A DNA stretch of 64,000 nucleotides from the human T2T-CHM13v2.0 reference genome, Homo sapiens. Positions 1 to 38,689 of this stretch are shown in pieces. Location: assembly GCF_009914755.1 (NCBI RefSeq), contig NC_060943.1, one strand, 5' to 3'. Position 1 is the first letter of the stretch. Every line of letters begins with the position of its first letter. The notes beneath the pieces were generated by a model. It worked only from the letters and a program-made list of their open reading frames with translations. It ran no database searches and was not told the DNA's origin. The translations under genes and the position numbers were made by a program.

Positions 1-2
1 AA

Positions 3-41
<39 letters not shown>

Positions 42-116
42 AAATAAAGACCTCGCCGGGCGTGGTGGCTCACGCCTGTAATCCCGTCACTTTGGGAGGC
101 TAAGGTGGGCAGATCA

Positions 117-1350
<1,234 letters not shown>

Positions 1351-1402
1351 TCTCCACCCCAAGATCACGAAGCTGGAGGAACCAGAGCCCATCTCTTTTC
1401 AT

Positions 1403-1412
1403 GGGACTTTCC
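1403..1412 (+). promoter_or_regulatory. Perfect NF-kB site GGGACTTTCC
   Basis: Exact canonical kB decamer ~50 bp downstream of the MER41 end; function untested. Confidence 0.4.
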
Positions 1413-1766
1413 AGTGCCCTGGGTGTGACCCTGGATGGGAGAAGAGGAGAAGCAGCAGCTCCAGTCTGCCTGGAATTGCCGGTTGAGTCCCAGCCCTGAC
1501 AGTACCTGCAAGAATTAATGAGACTTCCAGGCAGGCAGTGCCCAAGAATGAATCCCAGCTGGCAATACAAGTCACATCAGGGTCCCAGGACCAGCCATGG
1601 GGACTTCATTGTGGGGAGGGAAACTAGAAGCCCTATTTCCACCTCCTACCCATTTCTCCAATGCCCAGAAGTAGCTGGACCAAGCCCAGAGACCATGTCG
1701 TCCATCAAAAATATTCAGCTGGGCGTGGTGGCTCACACCTGTAATCCCAGCAGTTTGGGAGGCCTA

Positions 1767-2092
<326 letters not shown>

Positions 2093-2153
2093 TCAGCCCT
2101 CCCTGTATCCACAGGTTACACATTCATTGGAAGATTCAACTAACTGCAAATCA

Positions 2154-3836
<1,683 letters not shown>

Positions 3837-3852
3837 GTTTTTTAAAAAAAGA

Positions 3853-11737
<7,885 letters not shown>

Positions 11738-11850
11738 AGTTTGGAAATCAGGGCTTTATTTAGAATTGGCAAAATTGGCTTGCATTTTTATAGTGAACAA
11801 AATCATCATGACACCCATATTCCTAGCAGGTGACATTTCCCGTTCTGACT

Positions 11851-13359
<1,509 letters not shown>

Positions 13360-14443
13360 CCGACGAGTGCTGTGCAGAATGCTTAGGACTCTATAGAATT
13401 TCACCAAAGTCCCCAAGAGGCTCATGAAGCAGGTATACTTATCATCTCCATCTTCACAATGAACTCAGAGAGGTATAGGGTCTTGCCCAAGGATACACAG
13501 GAACAGAGATTTGAACCTAGCTATGTTGGGCCCAAAACTCTGATTCTATGTGAGACACAAAAGACGCTTCTGGGCTGGGTGCAGTGACTCACGCCAGCAC
13601 TTTGGGAGGCTGAGGTGGGCAGATCACTTGAGATCAAGAGTTTGAGGCTAGCCTGGCCAACATGGCAAAACCCCGTCTCTACTAAAAATACAAAAATTAA
13701 CCAGACATGGTGGCGCACACCTGCAGTCCTAGCTACTTGGGAGGCTGAGGCACATGAATAGCTTGAACCCTGGAGACAGAGGCTGCGATGAGCCGAGATC
13801 ACTCCATTGCACTCCAGTCTGAGCGACAGAGTGAGACCCTGTGTCAAAAAAAAAAAAAAAAGAAAAGAAAAAGAAAAAAGAGGCTTCTGGTTTGAGGCCC
13901 ATCAGTTAAGTCAGGCAGGCAGGCAGCAGATATTTCCTGAATGCTTGTTCTTCCCCAGGCCAGGCACTGGGGGCGCAGGAGAAAAGGGCAGGAGGGTACC
14001 TCCCTACAGGAAGTTCCTGGAGAAGAGGCCGAGGGGAAGAGAGTATTATTCACCAGCCCTTTAGAAACAGAGCAATCAGAGGTGACCTCTGCCTCCGGAA
14101 GGTTGCCCTTGGCCTGTGACATCCACAGCAGGCAACTGGGGCCAGGAGTTTGTGACAGAGAAAAGGACAAAGAGATGAAGTTCTAATCCAAAGGGAACGT
14201 GTCCAGTAGAAATAACATTTAAACAGCACTTACTTCATGCAGGAGATTGTTGTAAAAATTTGACTCACTCATTAAATCTTTCCCATTTTGCAAGTGAGGA
14301 AACCAAGGCACAGAGAGTTTAAGTGACTTGGCCAAGGTCACACAGCAGGAAAGAGGCAGAGGTGGAATTTGAAGCCAAGCTTGCCCCCCTTACCAGAGCC
14401 CTTGTTTTTGCTGTGTTTTAAAGTCGAGGTGAAATTGACATTA

Positions 14444-14656
<213 letters not shown>

Positions 14657-14818
14657 TTACACTACGGTGGACAGGCTGGTCTCAAACTCCTGAACTCAAG
14701 TGATCTGCCCGCCTTGGCCTCCCAAAGTGCTGGGATTACAGACGTGAGCCACCGTACCTGGCCTGGTTAGTTTTATTTTATATGGATGTTATCTCTCTCT
14801 TTTTTTTTTTTTTTTTGA

Positions 14819-14923
<105 letters not shown>

Positions 14924-15202
14924 TGAGTAGCTGGGATTACAGGCATCTGCCACCATGCCCAGCAAATTTTTGTATTTTTAGTAGAGACGGGTTTCACCGT
15001 GTTGGCCAGGCTGGTCTCAAACTCTTGACCTCAAGTGATCCGTCCTCCTCAGCCTCCCAAAGTGCTGGGATTACAGGCATGAGCCACCATGCCCGGCCTC
15101 AATTTTTTTTTTTTTTAGACAAGGTTTGGCTCCGTTGTACAGGCTGGAGTGCAGTGATGCAATCTCAGCTCATGGCAGCCTTGAACGCTTAGGCAAAAGT
15201 GA

Positions 15203-15424
<222 letters not shown>

Positions 15425-15730
15425 TGATGATGATGATTATTTTTTGTGACAAAGTCTCACTCTGTCGCCCACGCTGATGCACAGTGGCTCAATCTCGGCT
15501 CACTGCAGACTCTGCCTCCTGGGTTCAAGTGAGTCTCCTGCCTCAGACTCCTGAGTAACTGGGATTACAGGCATGTGCCACCATGCCCAGCTAATTTTTG
15601 TACTATTAGTAGAGATGGGGTTTGACCATGTCGGCCAGGCTGGTCTCGAACTCCTGACCTCAAGTGACTCGCCCGCCTCAGCTGCCCAAAGTTCTAGGAT
15701 TACAGGCATGAGCCACTGTGCCTGGCCACT

Positions 15731-16240
<510 letters not shown>

Positions 16241-16317
16241 CTCAGGACACCCTTCTGTGTCTCCGTTTCCTCATTTGTAATATGAGAATTATCTTAGTCC
16301 TGAATTCATAACCCCAT

Positions 16318-18008
<1,691 letters not shown>

Positions 18009-18424
18009 CTAGCCTGGGTGACAGAGCGAGACTCCATCTAAACAAACAAACAAACAAATAAACAATAAAATGCTTACAGTAGTGTGCCTGGCCTCGTAGC
18101 ACATACTGCACTGGGCGTTCACTGCTATTATGATCTTCGAAGAGGTCCAGGACCCTAACGTTGTGGGGATCTGGTTGTGTCACCTTACCCCGCCTTTTGG
18201 GATTATGCGTTTCTGGTCTCTGCAGGTTGGAGACCTTCTCGCCTCTCTGTCAATGATGTTGACAATAAGCTGGGCCACATCACCCTGTCCCTAGCGAAAG
18301 GTTATCACTTCGCTGGGGACATGAGAAAGGTCGGGTTGGGGGGGCCGTGCCTGTCTCCCCTCTGCTGGAGAAGATAAGGGAGGCACTCAGCTTTCTTCAG
18401 GCAGAGTGTGGGGGAGCCACGATG

Positions 18425-18430
18425 TATAAA
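18425..18430 (+). promoter_or_regulatory. RLN3: TATA box of RLN3
   Basis: TATAAA 69 nt upstream of the ATG. Confidence 0.75.
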
Positions 18431-18493
18431 TGGGGGGCCAAGAGGCAGCAGAGACACTGGCCCACTCTCACGTTCAAAGCATCTCCGTCCAGC

Positions 18494-18683
18494 ATGGCCA
18501 GGTACATGCTGCTGCTGCTCCTGGCGGTATGGGTGCTGACCGGGGAGCTGTGGCCGGGAGCTGAGGCCCGGGCAGCGCCTTACGGGGTCAGGCTTTGCGG
18601 CCGAGAATTCATCCGAGCAGTCATCTTCACCTGCGGGGGCTCCCGGTGGAGACGATCAGACATCCTGGCCCACGAGGCTATGG
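18494..18683 (+). CDS. RLN3: Relaxin-3 exon 1 (signal peptide, B chain, start of C peptide)
   Basis: [56 protein letters not shown]...; RxxxRxxI receptor-binding motif; GT donor at 18684 (phase 1). Confidence 0.98.
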
Positions 18684-19067
18684 GTGAGGCTGGGGAGAGA
18701 GTGGATGTAGAAGGGGAACAGGTGGCTGGATGGGTCCCAGGAGCTAAGGACAGAGATAAGAGGAGGTTGCTGGAGGAGGAGGGTCCCTGTCCTGCCACAT
18801 TCAGCCAGGGACACCTGCCCAGCCTTGAAACAAGGGCTCAGGAGTTAGCAGAGCTGCAGAGCTGGGATGGGGTGTTGCAAGCCATCCATGGGGGCTGGAA
18901 GTCTGAGGACAGGTGGGGGCGGGGAGCGTGCCATTTGCAAAGACAACACCGAAGTGTTTTCCAACCCTTTCCAGCAGGTAATGTGAAGGGTGTGGTATAC
19001 ACATAGCTGGGTTTGTCACCTAATGCATGACCTCTCCCCAGCAAGTTGGTTTTTCTTCCGTCTCTGA

Positions 19068-19211
<144 letters not shown>

Positions 19212-19826
19212 TGACACCATGCCTGGCTAGTTTTAAATTTTTTTTTTGTAGAAACAGGGGTCTCACTATGTTGCCTAGGCTGGTCTCGAACTCCTGGGCT
19301 CAAGTGATCCTCCCACCTCGGCCTCCCTAAGTGCTGAGATTAGAGTCTCTGAGTGTCTTTATCTTCAAATGGGAGACACAGTTCCTGAATCTTGCAGGAT
19401 TAAGTGGTATGATTAAATCAAAACAGATTAGGGCAGAGTCTCAGCAGGGCAGCGGCACAATCTGGGATCCATCAGGAGAGTCAGAGGGAACAGAAGACCT
19501 AGCTTCATGAGGGGCAGGGACCTGGCAAATAGATATTCATGATGGTGAGAAGGAGGATAGGTATGAGCGTGGACATAGAAGACACACCACTTGGATTCAG
19601 ATAGTAGCTCTACAATGTAATAGTTGTGTGTTCATGTGCTACTATTTTTTTTTTTTTTGAGACAGAATCTCATTCTGTTGCCCAGGCTGGAGTGCAGTGG
19701 TGCAATCTTGGCTCACTGTAACCTCCATCACCTGGGTTCAAGCGATTCTCGTGCCTCCAGCCTCCCAAGTAGCTGGGATTACAGATGTGTGCCACCATAC
19801 CTCGCTAATCTTTTTATTTTTAGTAG

Positions 19827-20024
<198 letters not shown>

Positions 20025-20095
20025 TGAGAAGAATAAAGAAGTTAACCTGCTAAAGCACTTAAAACGTTGTTTGACACAAAGTAAGTGATCAATAA

Positions 20096-20293
<198 letters not shown>

Positions 20294-20424
20294 TAGAGAC
20301 AGGGTAGTGCTGTGTTGTCCAGGCTGTTCTTGAACTCCTGGTTCTGGTGATCCTCCAGCATGTGCCCCTGGAAGTGCTGGGATTACAGGTGTGAGACACC
20401 GTGCCCGGACTCAATAGTCATTTT

Positions 20425-20630
20425 TGAGTGCTCATCATGTTCCAGACATTGTTCTAAGTTTTTTTTTTTAATGAATATTAACTCCTTATAAAACTTGAGA
20501 AGGTTGGAGTAATTATTTTTTTCCACTTTGCAGAAAAGAACATTGAGGCTCCAAGAAGTAAATTTACTTGCTCACGATTAGAGAAGCTGGATTCATGCTC
20601 AGTCAGCCCAGCTCCCAAATGTACCAGGTC
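20425..20630 (-). mobile_element. MIR element in the RLN3 intron
   Basis: ccactttgcag aaaagaacattgaggctccaagaagtaaatttacttgctca resembles the reverse MIR core (cccattttacagatgaggaaactgaggctcagagaggttaagtgacttgccca). Confidence 0.65.
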
Positions 20631-20998
20631 CTCAATTAATAAAGAGTAAGGAGAAATAAATGACAGGGCTGGGTGCGGTGGCTCACGCCTGTAATCCCAG
20701 CACTTTGGGTGGCTGAGGTGGGCACATCACTTGAGGTCAGGAGTTTGCGACCAGCCTGAACAACATGGTGAACCCCATCTCTATAACAATACAAAAATCA
20801 GCCAGGCCTGCTGGCAGACACCTGTAATCCCACCTACTCTGGCAGAGCCAGAATTTGAACCCAGGACTGGGTGGAATAAAAACTCTGAACTATGTCTATG
20901 ACTGTTGTCACAAGATCAGAGCTAGACTGGCCAGGAGCCATGACTGTGGGTGCAGCAGCAGCTGAGCCCTGATCACTAACTCTGTTCATCTTTTGCAG

Positions 20999-21237
20999 GA
21001 GATACCTTCCCGGATGCAGATGCTGATGAAGACAGTCTGGCAGGCGAGCTGGATGAGGCCATGGGGTCCAGCGAGTGGCTGGCCCTGACCAAGTCACCCC
21101 AGGCCTTTTACAGGGGGCGACCCAGCTGGCAAGGAACCCCTGGGGTTCTTCGGGGCAGCCGAGATGTCCTGGCTGGCCTTTCCAGCAGCTGCTGCAAGTG
21201 GGGGTGTAGCAAAAGTGAAATCAGTAGCCTTTGCTAG
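20999..21237 (+). CDS. RLN3: Relaxin-3 exon 2 (C peptide, A chain)
   Basis: ttttgcag acceptor; ...RGSR-DVLAGLSSSCCKWGCSKSEISSLC-TAG; insulin-family CC-x3-C-x8-C; total CDS 429 nt = 142 aa. Confidence 0.98.
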
Positions 21238-21819
21238 TTTGAGGGCTGGGCAGCCGTGGGCACCAGGACCAATGCCCCAGTCCTGCCATCCACTCAACTA
21301 GTGTCTGGCTGGGCACCTGTCTTTCGAGCCTCACACATTCATTCATTCATCTACAAGTCACAGAGGCACTGTGGGCTCAGGCACAGTCTCCCGACACCAC
21401 CTATCCAACCCTGCCCTTTGACCAGCCTATCATGACCCTGGCCCCTAAGGAAGCTGTGCCCCTGCCTGGTCAAGTGGGGACCCCCCCATCCTGACCCCTG
21501 ACCTCTCCCCAGCCCTAACCATGCGTTTGCCTGGCCTACACACTCCACTGCCACAACTGGGTCCCTACTCTACCTAGGCTGGCCACACAGAGACCCCTGC
21601 CCCCTTCCCAGTCCAAACTGTGGCCATTGTCCCCTGACCAGCTAAAATCAAGCCTCTGTCTCAGTCCAGCCTTTGCACGCACGCTTCCTTTGCCCTGCTT
21701 TCCATCCCCTCTCCCTCCAACTCCCCTGCCAGAGTTCCAAGGCTGTGGACCCCAGAGAAGGTGGCAGGTGGCCCCCCTAGGAGAGCTCTGGGCACATTCG
21801 AATCTTCCCAAACTCCAAT

Positions 21820-21825
21820 AATAAA
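21820..21825 (+). terminator. RLN3: RLN3 polyadenylation signal AATAAA followed by a GU-rich element
   Basis: First AATAAA seen after the stop codon; (GT)n/GTT-rich tract at ~21848-21873. Confidence 0.75.
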
Positions 21826-21879
21826 AATTCGAAGACTTTGGCAGAGAGTGTGTGTGTGTGTGTATGGTTGTTGGGCGTA

Positions 21880-22560
21880 GGACAGGTTTCGGGGATGCGC
21901 GGTACGCGGTACCACCCCTCGGAGGCCCCCACCCCCAGACGCCCAGGCCGCCTCCCCACTCCCCCTCAAGCAGCCCCAGCCGGGGACTTTCCGTCGCGGG
22001 GAAGGGGCGGGGACCCTGAGCGAAAGGTGCGGAGGCGGCCTGCCGGGGTGGTTCGGCTTCCCGTTGCCGCCTCGGGCGCTGTACCCAGAGCTCGAAGAGG
22101 AGCAGCGCGGCCGCGCGGACCCGGCAAGGCTGGGCCGGACTCGGGGCTCCCGAGGGACGCCATGCGGGGAGGCAGGGGCGCCCCTTTCTGGCTGTGGCCG
22201 CTGCCCAAGCTGGCGCTGCTGCCTCTGTTGTGGGTGCTTTTCCAGCGGACGCGTCCCCAGGGTGAGTGCTGGAGGGAGCTCGTGTCCCGGGCGCTGCCGC
22301 TGCGCTCCCCGCGAAGGCGCCAGTGCTCCAGGATAAGCCACGCGTATGCAGAGCGAACGGTAGAGGTGCAGGCGCCACTCGGCTCCTCCCGGGGCAGGGA
22401 CCCGGCGACACTGGGGAATGGGCGGCAGCGAGGTCGAACCGGAGCCCCGGGGCGGGGTGGGGGAGCTCTCTGGGTGGTTAACAGGATGTGGCGAGCACAG
22501 GGAAAGGGGGGGTTTGCACGGAGCCCGGGCAGGGGTGCCTAGCGCCTCCCTTCCTGCTGC
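21880..22560 (+). promoter_or_regulatory. IL27RA: CpG-island promoter of IL27RA with NF-kB site (21983-21992) and GC box (~22004-22012)
   Basis: High CpG density; GGGACTTTCC; GGGGCGGGG. Confidence 0.85.
22162..22261 (+). CDS. IL27RA: IL-27 receptor alpha (WSX-1) exon 1, signal peptide
   Basis: gccATGc; MRGGRGAPFWLWPLPKLALLPLLWVLFQRTRPQ; donor G|GTGAGT. Confidence 0.97.
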
Positions 22561-22674
22561 TCATTTCCCTAAGCCCCCCCACCTTGCAATTGTCAGAAGT
22601 CCAAGTTCTGGGGTGTGCAGGCGGAAGGGGGGGATTCGACCCCCTTTCCTGAGACCCTCTGACTCCCTCTCCAG

Positions 22675-22792
22675 GCAGCGCCGGGCCACTGCAGTGCTAC
22701 GGAGTTGGACCCTTGGGCGACTTGAACTGCTCGTGGGAGCCTCTTGGGGACCTGGGAGCCCCCTCCGAGTTACACCTCCAGAGCCAAAAGTA
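22675..22792 (+). CDS. IL27RA: IL27RA exon 2
   Basis: SAGPLQCYGVGPLGDLNCSWEPLG... (class I cytokine receptor C...CxW); AG/GT boundaries. Confidence 0.96.
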
Positions 22793-22843
22793 GTGAGTAC
22801 AGGGAGGTGACGTGGGGAAACAGGCTTTGGAGGTGGCCGCTCA

Positions 22844-29585
<6,742 letters not shown>

Positions 29586-29796
29586 AGTTACTTTTATTAC
29601 CCTCATTTTGTAGATGAGGAAACTGATGCACAGAGAAGTTAAGTCACTTACTCAAGGTCACACAGCTCTGAAGCAGCAGAGGTGGGATTTGAACCCAAGC
29701 AGAGCAGGCTGCAGCCACTCTGTTGGCACAAGGGTGGTTATCAGTGGCCCTGGCTCTAGCCGAGTGTGCATCTCATCCCCGCCTCTCTCCTCACAG

Positions 29797-29954
29797 CCGT
29801 TCCAACAAAACCCAGACTGTGGCAGTGGCAGCCGGACGGAGCTGGGTGGCCATTCCTCGGGAACAGCTCACCATGTCTGACAAACTCCTTGTCTGGGGCA
29901 CTAAGGCAGGCCAGCCTCTCTGGCCCCCCGTCTTCGTGAACCTAGAAACCCAAA
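29797..29954 (+). CDS. IL27RA: IL27RA exon 3
   Basis: RSNKTQTVAVAAGRSWVAIPREQL...VFVNLETQ; AG/GT. Confidence 0.96.
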
Positions 29955-30041
29955 GTAACGTGGCAGGAGGGTGGGCGCTCTATGCGGGGTGGGTGCTCTT
30001 GGAGGGCGTGGCTCACTACACCCTAGTTTCCCCTTCCCCAG

Positions 30042-30199
30042 TGAAGCCAAACGCCCCCCGGCTGGGCCCTGACGTGGACTTTTCCGAGGATGACCCCCTG
30101 GAGGCCACTGTCCATTGGGCCCCACCTACATGGCCATCTCATAAAGTTCTGATCTGCCAGTTCCACTACCGAAGATGTCAGGAGGCGGCCTGGACCCTG
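30042..30199 (+). CDS. IL27RA: IL27RA exon 4
   Basis: KPNAPRLGPDVDFSEDDPLEATVHW...CQEAAWTL. Confidence 0.96.
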
Positions 30200-30354
30200 G
30201 TGAGTGCTGGGGTCCTTTTCTCCCCACCCTATTCCGGGCGGGGACTGAGGCAACATCTCCTAATCTGAGACCCAGCCCAGGACTCATTCTGTGCCTGCCC
30301 CTGAGCCTGTATGCCTCCCACTCAAAATGCCTGCATGTGCCTCTTGTTCAGCTA

Positions 30355-30507
<153 letters not shown>

Positions 30508-31229
30508 CTAGGCATGGTGGTGGGCGCCTGTAATCCCAGCTACTGAAAGCTGAAGCAGGGGAATCACTGGAACCCGAGAGGCAGAGGTTGCAGTGAGCTG
30601 AGATTGGGCCACTGTGCTCCAGCCTGAGCTACAGAGTGAGACTCAGTCTCAAAAAAAAAAAATTTTTTTTCTCCTGCCAAAATAATCTATCACCCGGTCA
30701 CAGTGGCTCATTTCTAAAATCCCAGCACCTTGGGAGGCTGAGGCAGGAAGATTGTTTGAGGTCAAGAGTTTGAGACCAGCCTGGGCAGGATAGCAAGACT
30801 CGTCTCTAAGAAGTTAAAAAATAATCTGACCAGGTGCGGTGGCTCACACCTGTAATCCCAGCACTGTGGGAGGCCAAGGAGAGTGGATCACCTGAGGTCA
30901 GGAGTTCGGGACCAGCCTGGCCAACATGGTGAAACCCCATCTCTACTAAAAATACAAAAAAGTAGCTGGGCGTGCTGGTGGGTGCCTGTAGTCCCAGCTA
31001 ATTGAGAGGCTAAGGCAGGAGAGAATCACTTGAACCCAGGAGGTGGAGGTTGCAGTGAGCTGAGATCGTGCCACTGCACTCCACACTCCAGCCTGGCAAC
31101 AGAGCAAGACTCCGTCTCAAAAAAAAAAAGAAGAAGAAGAGTTCAGAATTGTGATTATTCATGCAATTCAGAGCAACACTGAGATGCAGAATTTTTTTTT
31201 TTTTTTTTGAGATGGCGTTTTGCTCTTAA

Positions 31230-31748
<519 letters not shown>

Positions 31749-32226
31749 TAAAGTGTTGGGATTACAGGCGTGAGCCACCTCACCCGGCTGAGATGCAGAC
31801 TTTGGAATCTGACTACCTCAGTGCTCAGCTCCAGCACACCAGCTCTGTGACCTTGGGCTAGTCACTTTCCCTCTCTGGGCCTCAGTTCCCTCGTCTGTAA
31901 AACGAGATAATAATAGAAGTTACCACTTCCTGCTATACCTAGCACATAGAGTGACCACCTTTTCTCTGTCTGCTCGGGACTGTGGCAATTTTTTTGACAG
32001 GCCCATGTTCTGGAAACCCCCTTGGTCCTGGGCAAATACAAATGGTTGCTCACTCTGCTGATAGATAAGTTCAAGTACCAGCTAGGCGCAGTAGCTCTAA
32101 TCCCAGCACTTTGGGAGGCCGAGGTGGGCAGATCACCTAAGGTCAGGAGTTCAAGACCAGCCTGGCCAAGATGGTGAAACCCCGTCTCTACTAAAAATAC
32201 AAAAATTGGCTGGGCTTGGTGGCTCA

Positions 32227-32648
<422 letters not shown>

Positions 32649-32741
32649 TCAAAACGAAAAACAAAGGAAAAAAAAAAAGATAAGTTCAAATACCCTTGAC
32701 TCAGGCCCTGGGCCCATCACGCTCGCCTGTCTCTCCCCCAG

Positions 32742-32901
32742 CTGGAACCGGAGCTGAAGACCATACCCCTGACCCCTGTTGAGATCCAAGATTTGGAGCT
32801 AGCCACTGGCTACAAAGTGTATGGCCGCTGCCGGATGGAGAAAGAAGAGGATTTGTGGGGCGAGTGGAGCCCCATTTTGTCCTTCCAGACACCGCCTTCT
32901 G
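32742..32901 (+). CDS. IL27RA: IL27RA exon 5 (WSXWS-type motif WGEWS)
   Basis: LEPELKTIPLTPVEIQDLELATGYKVYGRCRMEKEEDLWGEWSPILSFQTPPS. Confidence 0.97.
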
Positions 32902-33004
32902 GTGAGGATATCTGGGCTTGCCCTCAATCCACGCCCCTCCCACCCCCAGAAGTCTGTCCAATCATGTCCCACTCATTTGTTCCCCGTTTCCTCATCCTTG
33001 CCAG

Positions 33005-33078
33005 CTCCAAAAGATGTGTGGGTATCAGGGAACCTCTGTGGGACGCCTGGAGGAGAGGAACCTTTGCTTCTATGGAAG
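33005..33078 (+). CDS. IL27RA: IL27RA exon 6
   Basis: PKDVWVSGNLCGTPGGEEPLLLWK. Confidence 0.95.
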
Positions 33079-33285
33079 GTGAGCTTCAGGCACCAGTTAC
33101 ATTTCTCTGCACGTGTTAGGAAACCCCTAAATAACAATGACATAAGGCCGGATGCAGTGGCTCACGCTTGTAATCCCAACACTGCTGTGGGAGGCCGAGG
33201 AGGGTGGATCACTTGAGGTCAGCAGTTGGAGACCAGCCTGGCCAACATGGTGAAACCCCATCTCTACTAAAAATACAAAACTTCA

Positions 33286-33477
<192 letters not shown>

Positions 33478-34230
33478 TTACCATGCTGCCCCCTTGAGGT
33501 TGCTTCGAAGATTCAAGGATGGGTTGCTAAAGTGGTCAGCACAGGGTGGGGCATGGAGCAAGTCTCCACCAATGTCAGCTGCTTCCGAGAGGTCTGAGCC
33601 ATAAGGATGGGTGCAGATATTCCGGGCAGGGGCAGCAGATGCAAAAACCTGACAGCGAGACTGGAGCTCAGCTCCAGAAAATATAACACAGTGTGCTAAG
33701 AGTTTATTTATTCATTTATTTATTTTGAGATGGAGTCTCGCTCTGTTGCCCAGGCTGGAGTGCAGCAGCGTCATCTCATCTCAGCTCACTGCAACCTCCA
33801 CCTCCCAGGTTCAAGCCATTCTCTGCCTCAGCCTCCCAAGTAGCTGGGATTACAGGTGCCCCCCCACCACGCCCGGCTAATTTTTGTATTTTTAGTAGAG
33901 ATGGGGGTTTCACCATCTTGGCCAGGGGGGCCTTGAACTCCTGACCTCATGATCCAGCCACCTCGGCCTCCCAAAGTGCTGGAATTACAGGCGGGAGCCA
34001 CCGCGCCTGGCCTGTGCTAAGAGTTTAAATGCTAGTATCAAAAGGGTATTAATAGGCTGGGCATGGTGGCTCATGCCTGTAATCCCAGCACTTTGAGAGG
34101 CTCAGGTGGGCAGATCACTTGAGGTCAGGAGTTCGAGACCAGCCTGGCCAACATGGTGAAACCCCATCTCTACTAAAAATACAAAAATTAGCTGGGCCTG
34201 GTGGCAGGCACCTGTAATCCCAGCTACTTA

Positions 34231-34335
<105 letters not shown>

Positions 34336-34482
34336 TCACAAAAAAAAAAAAAAAAAAGGTATTATAAAATGGCTGACAAGGTGCAATTATCCTCACTGAT
34401 TCAAATCTGTGAAGCACCTGCTATGTGCCAGGTGGCATTGCTTGACCCTTGCTCTCAGTAAATAAGCAAAGGAACACGATGA

Positions 34483-34765
<283 letters not shown>

Positions 34766-34904
34766 TGATCTGCCCACTCGGCCTCCCAAAGTGCTGGGAT
34801 TACAGGTGTGAGCCACCGTGCCTGGCCGATATTTTAAAAAATTAAATCAGCAAACTAGAGTTCAAGGACCAACTGCCTGTTTTCAGAAATACAGTTTGAT
34901 TGGA

Positions 34905-36032
<1,128 letters not shown>

Positions 36033-36094
36033 GCCAGGTTTGCTGACTCACGCCTGTAATCCTAGCACTTTGGGAGGCTGAGGCAGGCAGATCA

Positions 36095-36626
<532 letters not shown>

Positions 36627-36718
36627 GTAAGAGACTGTGACCTTCCTCAGCTCGGTGCCCTGGAGGGGTGGGAAGTGACTTCCTGAGTGGGCAGCTGAGA
36701 CTTCTCTCCACCCTCCAG

Positions 36719-37516
<798 letters not shown>

Positions 37517-37519
37517 TAA

Positions 37520-37853
<334 letters not shown>

Positions 37854-37856
37854 TAG

Positions 37857-38132
<276 letters not shown>

Positions 38133-38689
38133 TAGTAGGAACGGAGTTTCACCATATTAGCCAGGATGGTCTCGATCTCTTGACCTCGTGATCTGCCCTC
38201 CTCAGCCTCCCAAAGTGCTGGGATTTCAGGCATGAGCCACCGCACCCGGCATTTTTTTTTTTTTAAGAGATGAGTCTCACTCTGTCAGCCAGGCTGGAGT
38301 GCAGTGGCGTGATCTCAGCTCACTGCAGCGTCGACCTCCATGGCTCAAGCAATCCTCCCACCTCAGCGCCCTGAGGAGCTGGTATTACAGGCATGCGCCA
38401 CCAAGCCCAGCCAGTTTTTGTATTTTTTGTAGAGGTGGGGTTTCTCCATGTTGCCCAGGCTGTTCTTGAACTCCTGAGCTCAGGCAATCCACCTGCCTTG
38501 GCCTCCCAAAGTGCTGGGATGACAGGCATGAGCCACGGTACCTGGCAAGAAATCTTTATAAATAAATAAATAAATAAATAAATTAATTAATTAATGAACT
38601 TGGAAGAACTGTGAAGATGTTGGGTAAGAAATTTAGGACACAGTCCCAAGACCCACAAGGATATATGAACCAAAGAAGCGAAGGCCCAA

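Noticed and set aside
18347-18493. Upstream in-frame extension of RLN3 (ORF 18347-19006, ATG 18422)
   Set aside because: That ATG lies upstream of the TATA box and probable TSS; the 3' part of the ORF is intron read-through
21536-22411. 291-aa and 226-aa antisense ORFs over the IL27RA promoter
   Set aside because: GC-rich island poor in stop codons; no recognisable domain
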